Positions 35,607 through 45,432 of a stretch of 64,000 nt of DNA are shown piece after piece. The translations under genes and the position numbers were made by a program. Position 1 is the first letter of the stretch; each line of letters begins with the position of its first letter. The notes under the pieces are model-generated. The model did not search any database, was not told where the DNA came from, and saw nothing but the letters and a program-made list of their open reading frames with translations. This stretch comes from Myxococcota bacterium (lineage in GTDB: Bacteria; Myxococcota_A; Polyangia; Nannocystales; Nannocystaceae): the NCBI GenBank assembly GCA_039194325.1, contig JBCCWC010000001.1, positions 160,001 through 224,000 on the forward strand, given 5' to 3'.

Positions 35607-36890
35607 TCACGAGCGCCCGGCCTCGACCGTTCGTTCCAGCAAGATCGCGGCCATCGTTGCCCCATCGGTCTTCGCATCGAGCGCCGCGATCTCCCTCGCC
35701 CGCGCCCGCGTGGGCTCTGAGAGCAGGCGACGAACCCGGGGCTCGACCGTCTCGGCGGTGATCGAGCCCGGCTCGACCATCATCTCGGCGACCCCGAGCT
35801 GCTCCATCCGCTGGCCGTTGTCGTTTTGATCGAAGCCCTCGGGAACGATGAGCTGGGGGAGCCCCGAACGGAGCGCCTGCGTGGTCGTGCCCCAGCCGCC
35901 GTGGCTGACCATCAGGTCGACGTGCTGCATGCTGTCCCACAAGGGCGCGAAGCGAATGAGGGTCACGGGACCCTCACGCTGGATCGGATCGCTCAGCGAA
36001 GGATCGCAGATGAACAGCCGCAGCCCGAGCGAAGGAGCAAGCGCGCGCAACACGTCGACCACCCGCTGCTGGGCCTCGTTGAGCCCGCCGGTGCCGAACG
36101 ACACGAGGGCCTTGGGGTGATCCGTAGCGAGCTCGGCCTCCGGCAACGGCGTGGCTCCGAGCACCTCGACATCGAGCGCTCGGCGGGTCGGCTGCGACAG
36201 GTGAGGGAAACCGCCGGCTGCGATCCCTTCAGTGAGCACGATGCCGAGCTCGTCGAGCACGTCGCCGCTGAGCTGCGCCAAATTCAGCCAGGGCGAGAGC
36301 AGCTGGCCGGCGACGTATCGCGGGAAAGGGAGATCATAGCGGCCATAGAGCGCCGCAAAGCCGGGCCGGAGCGTCTCCCACATCGCGTCGCTCCATAGAG
36401 AGATCTCGGCGGTTCGGAACGCGCGCAGGCCCTGCATCTTGCACACGAAGGGGATCTTCTCGAGTGTGCAGGCGATCTGCAGCTGGGCGAGAAAGGGATC
36501 TTGGAGCACGCCGTCGATCGCATGCTCCCGTAGGAGCGACCGGACTTCATCGACCTGGTGGGGGACGACGGTGATGAGATCGCGTCGGATCGCGGCCGTG
36601 CGAACGTCGGAGTCCGGGGCGGGCTCGTCGTCGACCGGTGGGCGCACCGTGTGCAGCGCCGTTGCCCCGAAGCGCTCGGCGATCCGATCTGCGGCGATCC
36701 GGCGCTTGTTGTAGCCGTCGTCCTGCTGCCAGGGTAGCGAGAGCCAAAAGACCTCGTGACCCCGACGGCACAGCGCCTCAATCACGCCCACGAATGGCAG
36801 GGCGTGGCCAAACAGCGGCAGCGTCGAGAGCAAGAAGCGCCGTCGGGTTGGCGGTGGGGGATCCGAGGGCATGGTGGGACTCACGACCAA
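35607..36890 (-). CDS. GT1-family glycosyltransferase
   Basis: FGHALP, VSFGT, SHGGWGT, FDQ..N. Confidence 0.88.
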   Translation of the reverse strand: MVVSPTMPSDPPPPTRRRFLLSTLPLFGHALPFVGVIEALCRRGHEVFWLSLPWQQDDGYNKRRIAADRIAERFGATALHTVRPPVDDEPAPDSDVRTAAIRRDLITVVPHQVDEVRSLLREHAIDGVLQDPFLAQLQIACTLEKIPFVCKMQGLRAFRTAEISLWSDAMWETLRPGFAALYGRYDLPFPRYVAGQLLSPWLNLAQLSGDVLDELGIVLTEGIAAGGFPHLSQPTRRALDVEVLGATPLPEAELATDHPKALVSFGTGGLNEAQQRVVDVLRALAPSLGLRLFICDPSLSDPIQREGPVTLIRFAPLWDSMQHVDLMVSHGGWGTTTQALRSGLPQLIVPEGFDQNDNGQRMEQLGVAEMMVEPGSITAETVEPRVRRLLSEPTRARAREIAALDAKTDGATMAAILLERTVEAGRS

Positions 36891-37046
36891 GGGACGGTAC
36901 CACGATGCCCGGTAACCGGAAGATGAACTCGAAGCCCGGCGCCGGTCCTCACAAGATCGTGCTCTGCGAGTCTCGCCTAAGTCTCAGCCTAGATTGGGCG
37001 ATCTACACAAACAAGAGCATGACCCCCATGACTAATTCTCGTCCCA

Positions 37047-38828
37047 TCACCTCAACCGGCTCACATACACATAGTACGCCCCCAGATCACTCCCCTCCGC
37101 ATCCAGCAGACACGTCCGCAGGTGCGTCGCCCCCACCGGCAGCTCCAGCTCGAAGCGCGCGTGCGGATCCCCGTCGCGCACCGTGACCTCCTCCCGTTGC
37201 CCGGCAATCTCGATCCACGCCCGCTCGATCGGAATCGCCCGCCCTCCCGTGGTCCAGTCGATCTCCCCGGGGATCCCCTCTGTCAACCCCCGGTCTTCCT
37301 CCAGCGGCCAGCGTCGCAGCTCGAACGCATACCGCCCCGCCACCACCACCTCGACCTCCCAGTACCCGTTGCACACCAGCCCTTGCCGCACCTGCCGCTG
37401 GTTCCACGCGCACGCGGAGTCCTCGTTGCGCCAGTCGTGCGTCGTCAGCAGGGTCACCTGCTCGGGCCCGGCCACCAGCGGGATCGGGATCTCCTCGTCG
37501 AACTGCGTCGAGACCTGCTCCCACCAGGCCTCGTAGTCCCGCCGCAGCGCCTCCACCACCTCGGGGTGTGCCCCGGCCACGTCGACCCGCTGCTCGGGAT
37601 CCGCCGGGATATCGAACAGCTCACGCCCGTCGATCAGCCGCCACCGCTGCGTCATCGTGGAGCTCTGGCGCCACTTCACGGGACGGGCCAGCCGCTGCGA
37701 GTCGGTCACCACGGTCCGCTCGGGCCAGGGCTCGCCCCCACCATGCAAACCACCACGCAGCAGCGGCGCCAGGCTCACTCCGTCGAACGCCAGCCCCTCA
37801 GGGCACTCGAGCCCGCACAGCTCGACCATCGTGGGCAGGAAATCGACGTTGGCCGCCAGCTCGCCCACCCGACGCCCTTCACCGGCACCTCCGCCGATCC
37901 CTCCGCCCGGCCACCGCACGAAGAAGGGCACTCGATGCCCTCCTTCATAGGGTGAGCCCTTCTTGCCGCGCATCCCCGCGTTGAACCCATCGATCACGAA
38001 CCCATCACCCCCGATCTCACACCCCTGCGCGGTCCCGTTGTCGCTCATGAACACCAGGATCGTCTGCTCCTCGAGCCCCAGCCGCGCCAGGTGCTGCCGC
38101 AGCAACGCGAAGTTCTCGTCGATGTTGGTGATCATCCCGTAGAACTTCGCGCGCTCCGAGGGCACGAGGCCGTGATACGGCGCCGCATATCGCTCGTCCA
38201 CGAAGAACGGCCAGTGCGGCGCGTTGGTCGGGATATAACAAAAGAACGGGCGCTCGCGGTTCTCCTCGATGAAGCGCATCGCCTCGCCAAACCACACATC
38301 GGTGCAGTACCCCTCGAACTTCTTCGTACAACCATTGACGAAGTACGTATCGTCGAAATAGTCGTTCCCCCAGTAGTCCGGCGTCTGCGTGATCCCCCCG
38401 CCTCCGTGCACAATCGCCTCGCCAAACCCCCGATCATGCGGTCGATAGGGGTAGTTGTCGCCCAGGTGCCACTTGCCGAAGATCCCCGTGCGGTACCCAT
38501 TGGCCGCGAACAGATCCGCGATGCTCACCTCGCCCTTGCGCAGCAAGGATCGCCCTCCGCAAGTGTGCCACACGCCGGTGCTGTTGCAATAGTGCCCAGT
38601 GAGCAGCCCCGCTCGCGTGGGCGCACACGTGGGACCCACATGGAAGTTGTCGAGCCGCACGCTCTGGTCGAAGAAGCGGTCGATGTGCGGAGTCTGGACC
38701 ACCGGGTTTCCGTGGCAGCCCAGATCGCCATACCCCTGGTCGTCGGTCAGCACGAACACCAAATTCGGCGAGCTGGATGGATTCGGCGAGTTGGGTGGGC
38801 CAGGTGGTCGGACATCAGCTTCAGCCAC
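37047..38828 (-). CDS. arylsulfatase (Cys-type, FGly-dependent)
   Basis: DDQGYGD, CAPTRAGLLTG, GKWHLG, SDNG, GKKGSPYEGG. Confidence 0.93.
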   Translation of the reverse strand: MAEADVRPPGPPNSPNPSSSPNLVFVLTDDQGYGDLGCHGNPVVQTPHIDRFFDQSVRLDNFHVGPTCAPTRAGLLTGHYCNSTGVWHTCGGRSLLRKGEVSIADLFAANGYRTGIFGKWHLGDNYPYRPHDRGFGEAIVHGGGGITQTPDYWGNDYFDDTYFVNGCTKKFEGYCTDVWFGEAMRFIEENRERPFFCYIPTNAPHWPFFVDERYAAPYHGLVPSERAKFYGMITNIDENFALLRQHLARLGLEEQTILVFMSDNGTAQGCEIGGDGFVIDGFNAGMRGKKGSPYEGGHRVPFFVRWPGGGIGGGAGEGRRVGELAANVDFLPTMVELCGLECPEGLAFDGVSLAPLLRGGLHGGGEPWPERTVVTDSQRLARPVKWRQSSTMTQRWRLIDGRELFDIPADPEQRVDVAGAHPEVVEALRRDYEAWWEQVSTQFDEEIPIPLVAGPEQVTLLTTHDWRNEDSACAWNQRQVRQGLVCNGYWEVEVVVAGRYAFELRRWPLEEDRGLTEGIPGEIDWTTGGRAIPIERAWIEIAGQREEVTVRDGDPHARFELELPVGATHLRTCLLDAEGSDLGAYYVYVSRLR

Positions 38829-38863
38829 GATCTCATCCCCCTCTCAGTGGCCCCAGCAGCCGC

Positions 38864-40258
38864 TCAGGAGTTCGCCCCGAGCTCCTGTGCCGCGGCCACC
38901 AGCGCGGCCTCGACCCGGGCCAGAAGATCAAGCAATTCGTCCTTGGTGATGCACAAAGGCGGCGCCATGATGATCCGATCGGCGGCAAGCATGAGCACCT
39001 CGTTGCGCTTGAGGTGCGCATCGAGGAGCCCCGCCAGCCGCGGCACCTGGGCTCGGGCAAAGTATGCCCCATCGGGCTGGACCAGCTGGATCGACCACAA
39101 CAGCCCCATCCCTTGCACGTTGCCGACCAGCGCAAGTCGCTGGCGCAGCCCCTCGAGCTCATCGCCCAAAAGCTCCCCCAACCGCCGTGCATTGTCGACC
39201 AGCCCCTCTTGCTCGAGAATCTCGAGATTCGCGAGCGCGACCCGGCTGGCCACCGGCTGCCCTGCGAAGCTCGAGATCACCCCTAGCTGCTCCCCCATAC
39301 CTTCGAATGCGGCGAACACCCGGTCGGACGCAATCGTCGCCCCCGCCGCCACGTGCCCCGAGGTCAGCCCCTTGGCGACCGCGATGAGATCCGGCGTCAC
39401 CCCCAGCTGCTGCGAGGCAAACCACCGCCCTGTCCGCCCCAGCCCGGTCACCACTTCGTCGGCGACCAGCAGCACCCCGTGTCGATCGCAGATCTCCCGG
39501 ATCGTCGGCCAGTACTCCGCCGGCGGCACCTGACCTCGATACGCGGTGTCGAGCGGCTCGGCGAGCACGGCCGCGACCGTCTGGGGCCCTTCGGACTCGA
39601 TGATGGACTCGATATAGCGTGCGCAGAAGACCTCGCACTGCGGGTAGGTCCGCTCATACGAGCAGCGGTAGCAATCGAGGCCCGCCACCGGCAGCCCGCC
39701 CGCCCCCATCGGCTCTGAAGGCACGCGATCGCCCCGCAGCGACACATTGACCGCCAGCGCCCCTCCGGTCATCCCGTGATAGGAGCCATAGCGGGTCACC
39801 ACCTTGTAGCGTCGACGTTCCCCTCGATTGTAGTGAAACTGACGAGCGATCCGCAGCGCCACTTCTATCGCTGTTGATCCGCTCGGGGTAAAGAAGACCC
39901 GATTCAGCTCGCCCGGCGCCAGCGCAGCCAGACGCCGCGCGAGCTCGGCCGTCGGAGCACAGACTCCCGCAACCGGGTTGTGATAGGCGAGCGCCTCCAT
40001 CTGCTCGAGCGCCGCCTGCCGCAGCTCGGGCCGACCGTGCCCCACGTTGACCACACAAAGGCCCGCGCTCCCGTCGTAGTATCGACGCCCCTGATCGTCC
40101 CACACAAACACGCCCTCGCCACGCACCAGCTGGATCGGCCCCCGCTCCCGATCTCGGTACATCGCATACGGAAGTCGCGGGTACCACAGGTGCCGCGCCG
40201 CAACATCGAGAGCCTCGGTTTCATCCACCGTCTCATCCACCGTCCCACTCACCGTCAC
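38864..40258 (-). CDS. class III PLP aminotransferase
   Basis: YHGMT, ADEVVTGLGRTG, AKGLTSG. Confidence 0.92.
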   Translation of the reverse strand: MTVSGTVDETVDETEALDVAARHLWYPRLPYAMYRDRERGPIQLVRGEGVFVWDDQGRRYYDGSAGLCVVNVGHGRPELRQAALEQMEALAYHNPVAGVCAPTAELARRLAALAPGELNRVFFTPSGSTAIEVALRIARQFHYNRGERRRYKVVTRYGSYHGMTGGALAVNVSLRGDRVPSEPMGAGGLPVAGLDCYRCSYERTYPQCEVFCARYIESIIESEGPQTVAAVLAEPLDTAYRGQVPPAEYWPTIREICDRHGVLLVADEVVTGLGRTGRWFASQQLGVTPDLIAVAKGLTSGHVAAGATIASDRVFAAFEGMGEQLGVISSFAGQPVASRVALANLEILEQEGLVDNARRLGELLGDELEGLRQRLALVGNVQGMGLLWSIQLVQPDGAYFARAQVPRLAGLLDAHLKRNEVLMLAADRIIMAPPLCITKDELLDLLARVEAALVAAAQELGANS

Positions 40259-40261
40259 GAC

Positions 40262-40468
40262 TCACCCTCCGCTAGTCCTCAAACGAGGGTAGGGGCGCTC
40301 GGGCCGGGCGAGCGGGCGAGCGACGGTCTGGCCCGCGTAGCCGGAAGGGGCCTCGTTGGCGGGTGGCGGAGCCTCGTCCTTGCACCCTGCGGTCATCACC
40401 AGTGATCCGACTACCAGCCAGGCACGAACGCCAGACCTCGAACCTCCACCCCACTTTGAGCTCCCCAC
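40262..40468 (-). CDS. possible small lipoprotein
   Basis: AWLVVGSLVMTAGC lipobox-like segment; stop lies 3 nt before the aminotransferase start; start uncertain. Confidence 0.3.
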   Translation of the reverse strand: MGSSKWGGGSRSGVRAWLVVGSLVMTAGCKDEAPPPANEAPSGYAGQTVARPLARPERPYPRLRTSGG

Positions 40469-40747
40469 GCTACTTCCGTACCGCGAGCGCCCATAGAGGC
40501 ACAAGAGCGACGGTAGCGCCCCGGCACGACCGCACCACGTCCAGTTCCGCACGGTGTCTAGATCCAGCGCTCCACTGCAACCCGGCAGCCGCGTCCTATG
40601 AACAGGCGTCATTAGCGCGCGCGGCTGCTCACGCCCAATCGCTGCTACGCTACCGATGCAGTGGAGCTACCGCTCAGCCTCGGCCAGTCGTTACGCATTC
40701 ATGCGCGACGAAAAGCTTGGACGCGCGCTCCTCGACACGGAGGCCCT

Positions 40748-41296
40748 GTGCAGGAAACGCTCCAACGCATCGTAGACGTGCTCGAGAAGCTCGGTATTCG
40801 ATGGTGCCTGATAGGAGCGCACGCTGTAGGCGAGTACACCGAACCGCGCGCCACCGAAGACGTCGACCTGCTCGTCGATGATCGGCGCATGCCCAAGCTC
40901 CTCTCCACCCTAGGCGAAGCACTCGGAGATCTCGACATCGACGACATCGGCCCCGCCATCCGGCTACGCACAGTCGCCGTAGACCTGGTGCGAGCCTCCT
41001 CCAACGAGGTATTCCGACGCTCCCTCGCGGACGCGCGAGCGGCGAACGGCTGGCGATTCCCTCGCCCCGAGGCCCTGTTGGTGATGAAGTTCATGGCCGC
41101 AATCAGCCCGTTCCGTGGCCTCGATCGCCGCCGCCAAGACATGGTCGATCTCATCACGCTATACCGAAACATCGATCCCGACGATCTCGATCGCGAGTAC
41201 GTCATCGAGCTCGCGGCCACGATCTTTGCCGGCGCCGAGACCGAGATGCTCGCACTGCTCGCCAAGATCGACGCGGACGAGCCGATCCCGATCTGA
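40748..41296 (+). CDS. nucleotidyltransferase (AbiEii/MNT-like); start uncertain
   Basis: IGAHAV...PRATEDVDLLV, L..MK, R.QD..D. Confidence 0.75.
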   Translation: MQETLQRIVDVLEKLGIRWCLIGAHAVGEYTEPRATEDVDLLVDDRRMPKLLSTLGEALGDLDIDDIGPAIRLRTVAVDLVRASSNEVFRRSLADARAANGWRFPRPEALLVMKFMAAISPFRGLDRRRQDMVDLITLYRNIDPDDLDREYVIELAATIFAGAETEMLALLAKIDADEPIPI

Positions 41297-41298
41297 AT

Positions 41299-41373
41299 TA
41301 TCGACGCCGAGACCAGCTCGGATGCGCGACGGCTGTCGCGCCCGGCCTCGGTCTTGATTATCAATGCCGAGGC
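41299..41373. repeat. REP-like palindromic element, copy 2, plus the start of a third copy
   Basis: 37 bp identical to 3504-3540; the leader tatc(g/a)a(t/c)gccgag recurs at 3482, 41299 and 41359. Confidence 0.7.
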
Positions 41374-41418
41374 TGACTCGTCAGGGGTGGCTCTTGGTCC
41401 CTCGACGACCCCCCCCGG

Positions 41419-42264
41419 TCACAGTCGGCGGTCGAAGATCTCGCACCCGGGAAACGTGAACGAGAATCCGTACCAGCGCGTATAGAGCTGAAAGGGCCGC
41501 TCCTTGCCGTCGATGGGCTCGGCGGTGGGGACCTCGTCGTCCAGGCCCAAGCCGACCCGCAGGCGACGACCTCCCAGCTCCACCGCGATCGGCCGGATCA
41601 ACCGCTCGCTGGGATAGAAGCACGCCGACTCGTCCACGATCACGCCCAGGCCCTGCGTGCGCTCGGGTAGGCGCTCGTCGAGCGAGCCCATCGTCCCGCG
41701 GAAACCGGGCGGGAAGAACCCTCTGGTGCCCACCATCCGCCGCGACAAGAACCGCCCGTAGATCGTGCCGAGGATCCCCGGCTCGGAGAGGATCACCTCC
41801 AGCGCCGGATAGCGAGCCAGCGCTCCCTTGGTCGTGGTGTGTCGGATCGGAAACCGACGCAGGCGCGTACCGGCCAGATCGCCATGGAGGGCCTCGCCCG
41901 AGATGTGGTCCCAGTAGGTGCGGGTCTCGTCATCGATGAGGATCACCAACCCGTTGTAAAGGCCGCCGGCGCTGAGGTTCAGCGGTCGCTCGTGGACATG
42001 CGGGATCAGACCGACCCCGCTGTTGCATACGCTTCAAAAACTGACCACGTAGGGCTGACGCGCCAGCACCCCCTGGATCACGTGATGCCAGCCGGCCTGC
42101 CGCATGAGAAACGCGCGACGCTGCCCACCGCGCTCCACGATGAGTAGCTCTTCATGGTCGGCCAAGCCCAGCGAGGACAGCAGCTGCCCCTTGGCGGGAG
42201 CGCGAAAGCGGGGAAAGAAATCCGGCTTCTTGAGCCAAGCGCGGGACGGGTCGAAGGTCGCCAT
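41419..42264 (-). CDS. DUF3179-like selenoprotein (UxxC), Sec codon TGA at 42036-42034
   Basis: ORFs 42034-42264 and 41419-41949 join in frame: HHVI...YVVSF-U-SVCNSGVG...GGLYNG..LIDDETRTYW...SGEAL.G. Confidence 0.85.
42000..42020 (-). promoter_or_regulatory. bacterial SECIS element
   Basis: GCGGGGUC-GGUCU-GAUCCCGC stem-loop starting 13 nt after the UGA. Confidence 0.75.
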
Positions 42265-42315
42265 GGGTGGGTGGGTCGAGCATAGCGACCCCAGCCGCCC
42301 CGCGACCCCAGCCGT

Positions 42316-42525
42316 TCACTCGAGGTCGGGACTCGGCCCGAGCAGACCGGCAAGCGCCCCCAGCAAGATCGATCCCAGCAACCCCGTGCCCGCCAGCAGG
42401 ACCAGCTGGGGATGCGCGTGGATATCGGGATCCATCAAGAAGGCCACCAGGCACCCCAAGCCAATGGAAAAAAAGATCCACTTGACTCCGGTAAGAACCC
42501 GCGTTTCCTGCCCTGGGTCAACCAT
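42316..42525 (-). CDS. small two-TM membrane protein
   Basis: WIFFSIGLGCLVAFLM and LVLLAGTGLLGSILLGALAGLLG. Confidence 0.5.
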   Translation of the reverse strand: MVDPGQETRVLTGVKWIFFSIGLGCLVAFLMDPDIHAHPQLVLLAGTGLLGSILLGALAGLLGPSPDLE

Positions 42526-42702
42526 ACCCCGAAACCATGCCTGGCCTCCGCTCGACCGGCAAGCCATTAGGCCCTCGACGCGCGTGGTGGCGGGAAATCC
42601 CACCACGGACCCCGTCCTGCGTGACGCGCCAACACCGAACCCCAACACCGAACCCCAACACCGACCTATAGTCGCGATGGCCGAGGCCGGCCTTGGCTGG
42701 CC

Positions 42703-43095
42703 TCACCCCAGCCACGGCAGACAGAACAGCGCCACCGTGCACAAGAAGCCGATCACCCAGACCGCCGAGCGCAGATAGTCCTGGTTGGCGAGGTAGGCGG
42801 CCACGTAGAGAGCGCGAGCCACCACGAAGGCCACACATAAGATCGCCGCCCGATGATCATGACTGCCGGCGAGATCGCTGATGATCACCGCGGCGGCGAA
42901 CCCGGGGAAGGTCTCGAACCCGTTGTAGTGGGCCGCTGCCGCCCGAGCGCCGAACCCATCGAGCTTGGACTGCTGCTGGCGAGGGTGCTTGTTGTCGTAG
43001 CCCCCCGGCTGCCGCGCCATCGCCATCGCCAGCGGCAGCTTGGGCAAGTAGATGAGCACAAAGGCGACTAGCACGCAGATGAATGGCGTCGTCAT
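42703..43095 (-). CDS. MAPEG family membrane protein
   Basis: GYDNKHPR, RAAAAHYNGFETFP.FAAAV, R..Y...Y. Confidence 0.88.
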   Translation of the reverse strand: MTTPFICVLVAFVLIYLPKLPLAMAMARQPGGYDNKHPRQQQSKLDGFGARAAAAHYNGFETFPGFAAAVIISDLAGSHDHRAAILCVAFVVARALYVAAYLANQDYLRSAVWVIGFLCTVALFCLPWLG

Positions 43096-43319
43096 CGTCG
43101 TGTCCTGAGCACCCCGAGCATAATCCGTCGCTCGTTTTCCCCCCACGCACCCCGACGATCCGACAGGAGGTGACCGGACGCCTCTGGGGGCGTCGCGATT
43201 CACGCACGTCATAAATTACCGGAATCATGAAGCATTTTCGACCTGTGAATCACCGCTGACCAGACCGGGTCGAAACGGCCGGACGCTCGCCCACCGGTGC
43301 TAGCGTGCCCCCGTTCGAC

Positions 43320-44990
43320 ATGCGCCGCCCGTATCGTTTGCTCGCCCTGTGTGCCCTGTCTGTCAGCCTCGTCCCCGCGAGCGGCTGTAAGCGAACCCGA
43401 TCCTCCGAGTCTTCTCCGGGCTCCACCGGGAGCGTCGACGATGCCCCGGCCCGACCCAAGCGGGTGCGCCGCAAGCCCGGCCTACCCCGTCCGCTGCGGC
43501 TGCCCGCCCAGGCCCCGCTCATCGTGCACATCCAGCAGCCGGGCGACGCGATCGCGGGGCTGCGCGCGTACTCGCCCCAGCTGCCCGGGGCCCGCGAGCT
43601 CCTCACCCAGGCCGTCACCCAGGTGCCGGGGGCGGGCGAGTTCGAGTCTGCGCTCGCCGAGGCCGCCGACCTCGAGCGCTCGTGGGACGCGGTCAGCATC
43701 GACGGCGAGCTCATCGTGCACGTGCCGATCATCGCCAGCCAGGTCGAGCGGGTGGCCGGCCTGCTCGCCAACAAGCCGCCGGTTGGCCGCTTCGGCGCCG
43801 TCGACCTGCAGCGAAGCACCGGGCCCGCGCCCAAGCTCGCCTGGCTCGATCGCGAGGCCAAGGCCCTCACCCTCGCCAACAGTGAGCGAGGCCTGGCCAC
43901 CGGCCGCCAGCTCGCCCGCGAGTACGGCAAGGAGCACCGCCTACGTCTGACGCTGAGCGGAGCCGAGGCGCGCAAGTACGCCCCGGCCTTCGCTCTGGAG
44001 CAGCTCGACCTCGAGGGCGCGGGTCCCCACCGCTTCGAGCTCACCGCCAAGGGGGTCCCGCCCGAGGTCTTCGCCCAGCTCGACAAGCTCGACGCCGGGG
44101 CGCTCACCGGCCTGCTCGAGTCGCCTCGGATCGCGCTGGGGGCCAGCTCCAAGTATGCCAACTACGACCAGGACGTGCGCCGGATCCTCGGCAACGTCAA
44201 GCGCCAGGTCGATCGTCAGAACTTCCTGGTCAAGGGTACCTTGCAGGATCTCTCGCGCCGGCTGGGCTCGGTGATGCGCAGCTGGAACGGCCGCACCATG
44301 GTCGGCGTGGGGCCCAAGAGCCACGTACTGCTGGGCCTAGGCGCGGAGGATCCCAAGCGCATGGGCGGCGCCCTCTTTCACCTGACCACCGGGGTCATCG
44401 ACAACCTCAGCTTGGCCCGATCGATCGGGGTAAGCGTCCCCAAGATCCGATTCCAGCGCAACAAGAACGCGGCCGCGGGCAGCAACATCTCCGTCATCGC
44501 GCTGGAGAGCGCTCGCAAGTACCTCCCGCCCGAAGCCGCGGCCTTGGTCAACGATCGAGGTGACCTCCGCATCGCGGTGGCCTTTCCCTCTCGGGCCGGA
44601 GCAGGGCTGGTAGTGCTCGGACCCGATTGCCACAACGTGATGGCGCGATGGCTCGAAGACATCGCCGAAGCGACCCCAGCCGCCGATAGCGCCCAGGATT
44701 TCATCGCCGCCACCGCGGCCGTCGATCCCAAGGCCCTCGAGCCGCTGCTGCAGCCGGGCGGGAACGTGGCGAGCCTGCTTGGTCTCGATGCGTCTCGCGA
44801 GCCCACCCGGCTTCGAGTGACCCGCGACGGAGATACCGTGACGATGCACGTGGAAGGGCCTCGGGCCGCGCCTCGGGTTCGAAGATTCGGCGCCCGCCGA
44901 ACGGGTCACCGGAGCCGTACGCCGACCCAGCCCTCCGCGAGCGGCAAGCCAGCGCGGATCGTATCCGGCAAGAGCAAGCCGATCCGCTGA
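43320..44990 (+). CDS. hypothetical lipoprotein
   Basis: Signal peptide ending in ASGC; long ORF with host-like codon bias. Confidence 0.75.
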   Translation: MRRPYRLLALCALSVSLVPASGCKRTRSSESSPGSTGSVDDAPARPKRVRRKPGLPRPLRLPAQAPLIVHIQQPGDAIAGLRAYSPQLPGARELLTQAVTQVPGAGEFESALAEAADLERSWDAVSIDGELIVHVPIIASQVERVAGLLANKPPVGRFGAVDLQRSTGPAPKLAWLDREAKALTLANSERGLATGRQLAREYGKEHRLRLTLSGAEARKYAPAFALEQLDLEGAGPHRFELTAKGVPPEVFAQLDKLDAGALTGLLESPRIALGASSKYANYDQDVRRILGNVKRQVDRQNFLVKGTLQDLSRRLGSVMRSWNGRTMVGVGPKSHVLLGLGAEDPKRMGGALFHLTTGVIDNLSLARSIGVSVPKIRFQRNKNAAAGSNISVIALESARKYLPPEAAALVNDRGDLRIAVAFPSRAGAGLVVLGPDCHNVMARWLEDIAEATPAADSAQDFIAATAAVDPKALEPLLQPGGNVASLLGLDASREPTRLRVTRDGDTVTMHVEGPRAAPRVRRFGARRTGHRSRTPTQPSASGKPARIVSGKSKPIR

Positions 44991-45334
44991 CCTTAGAACA
45001 CATCGGCCCCTACCACGAGCAAGTGCGGATCGACATAGTCCGTTGGGGGCTCGGAGCCCCCCGCGCGGTTGATGCGCTGCCGATCGATCTCGGGTCGGAT
45101 CAGCCCGAAGCGGTCGCGGTTGTTCCTGGCAACGTGACATTCACCTCGGGCGATCGATCGACACGGGTCCGCTCGCAGCCCTCACGATTGACCACGCTTC
45201 ACAGAAGCGATGCAAAGGTACGGGTCACGCCCGCGGAGGTTCGCCTCCGTGGGTGAGTCGCTTACCCCGGATTTCGTAAAACCAGTCAACGGCCTCGGGT
45301 CGTCGTACGGCACGACCTACCGATAGATCGTGCG

Positions 45335-45362
45335 TTGACACCCCAACGCCGCCCCCTAGACT
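45335..45362 (+). promoter_or_regulatory. sigma70-type promoter
   Basis: TTGACA-N16-TAGACT upstream of RBS aaagga and ATG 45433. Confidence 0.6.
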
Positions 45363-45432
45363 CGTCCTCGATTCCCGAGGGCTGTCACGCTGGTGCACGA
45401 GTGCGCCCTCGCGAGCGAAAGGACATGCCCAC

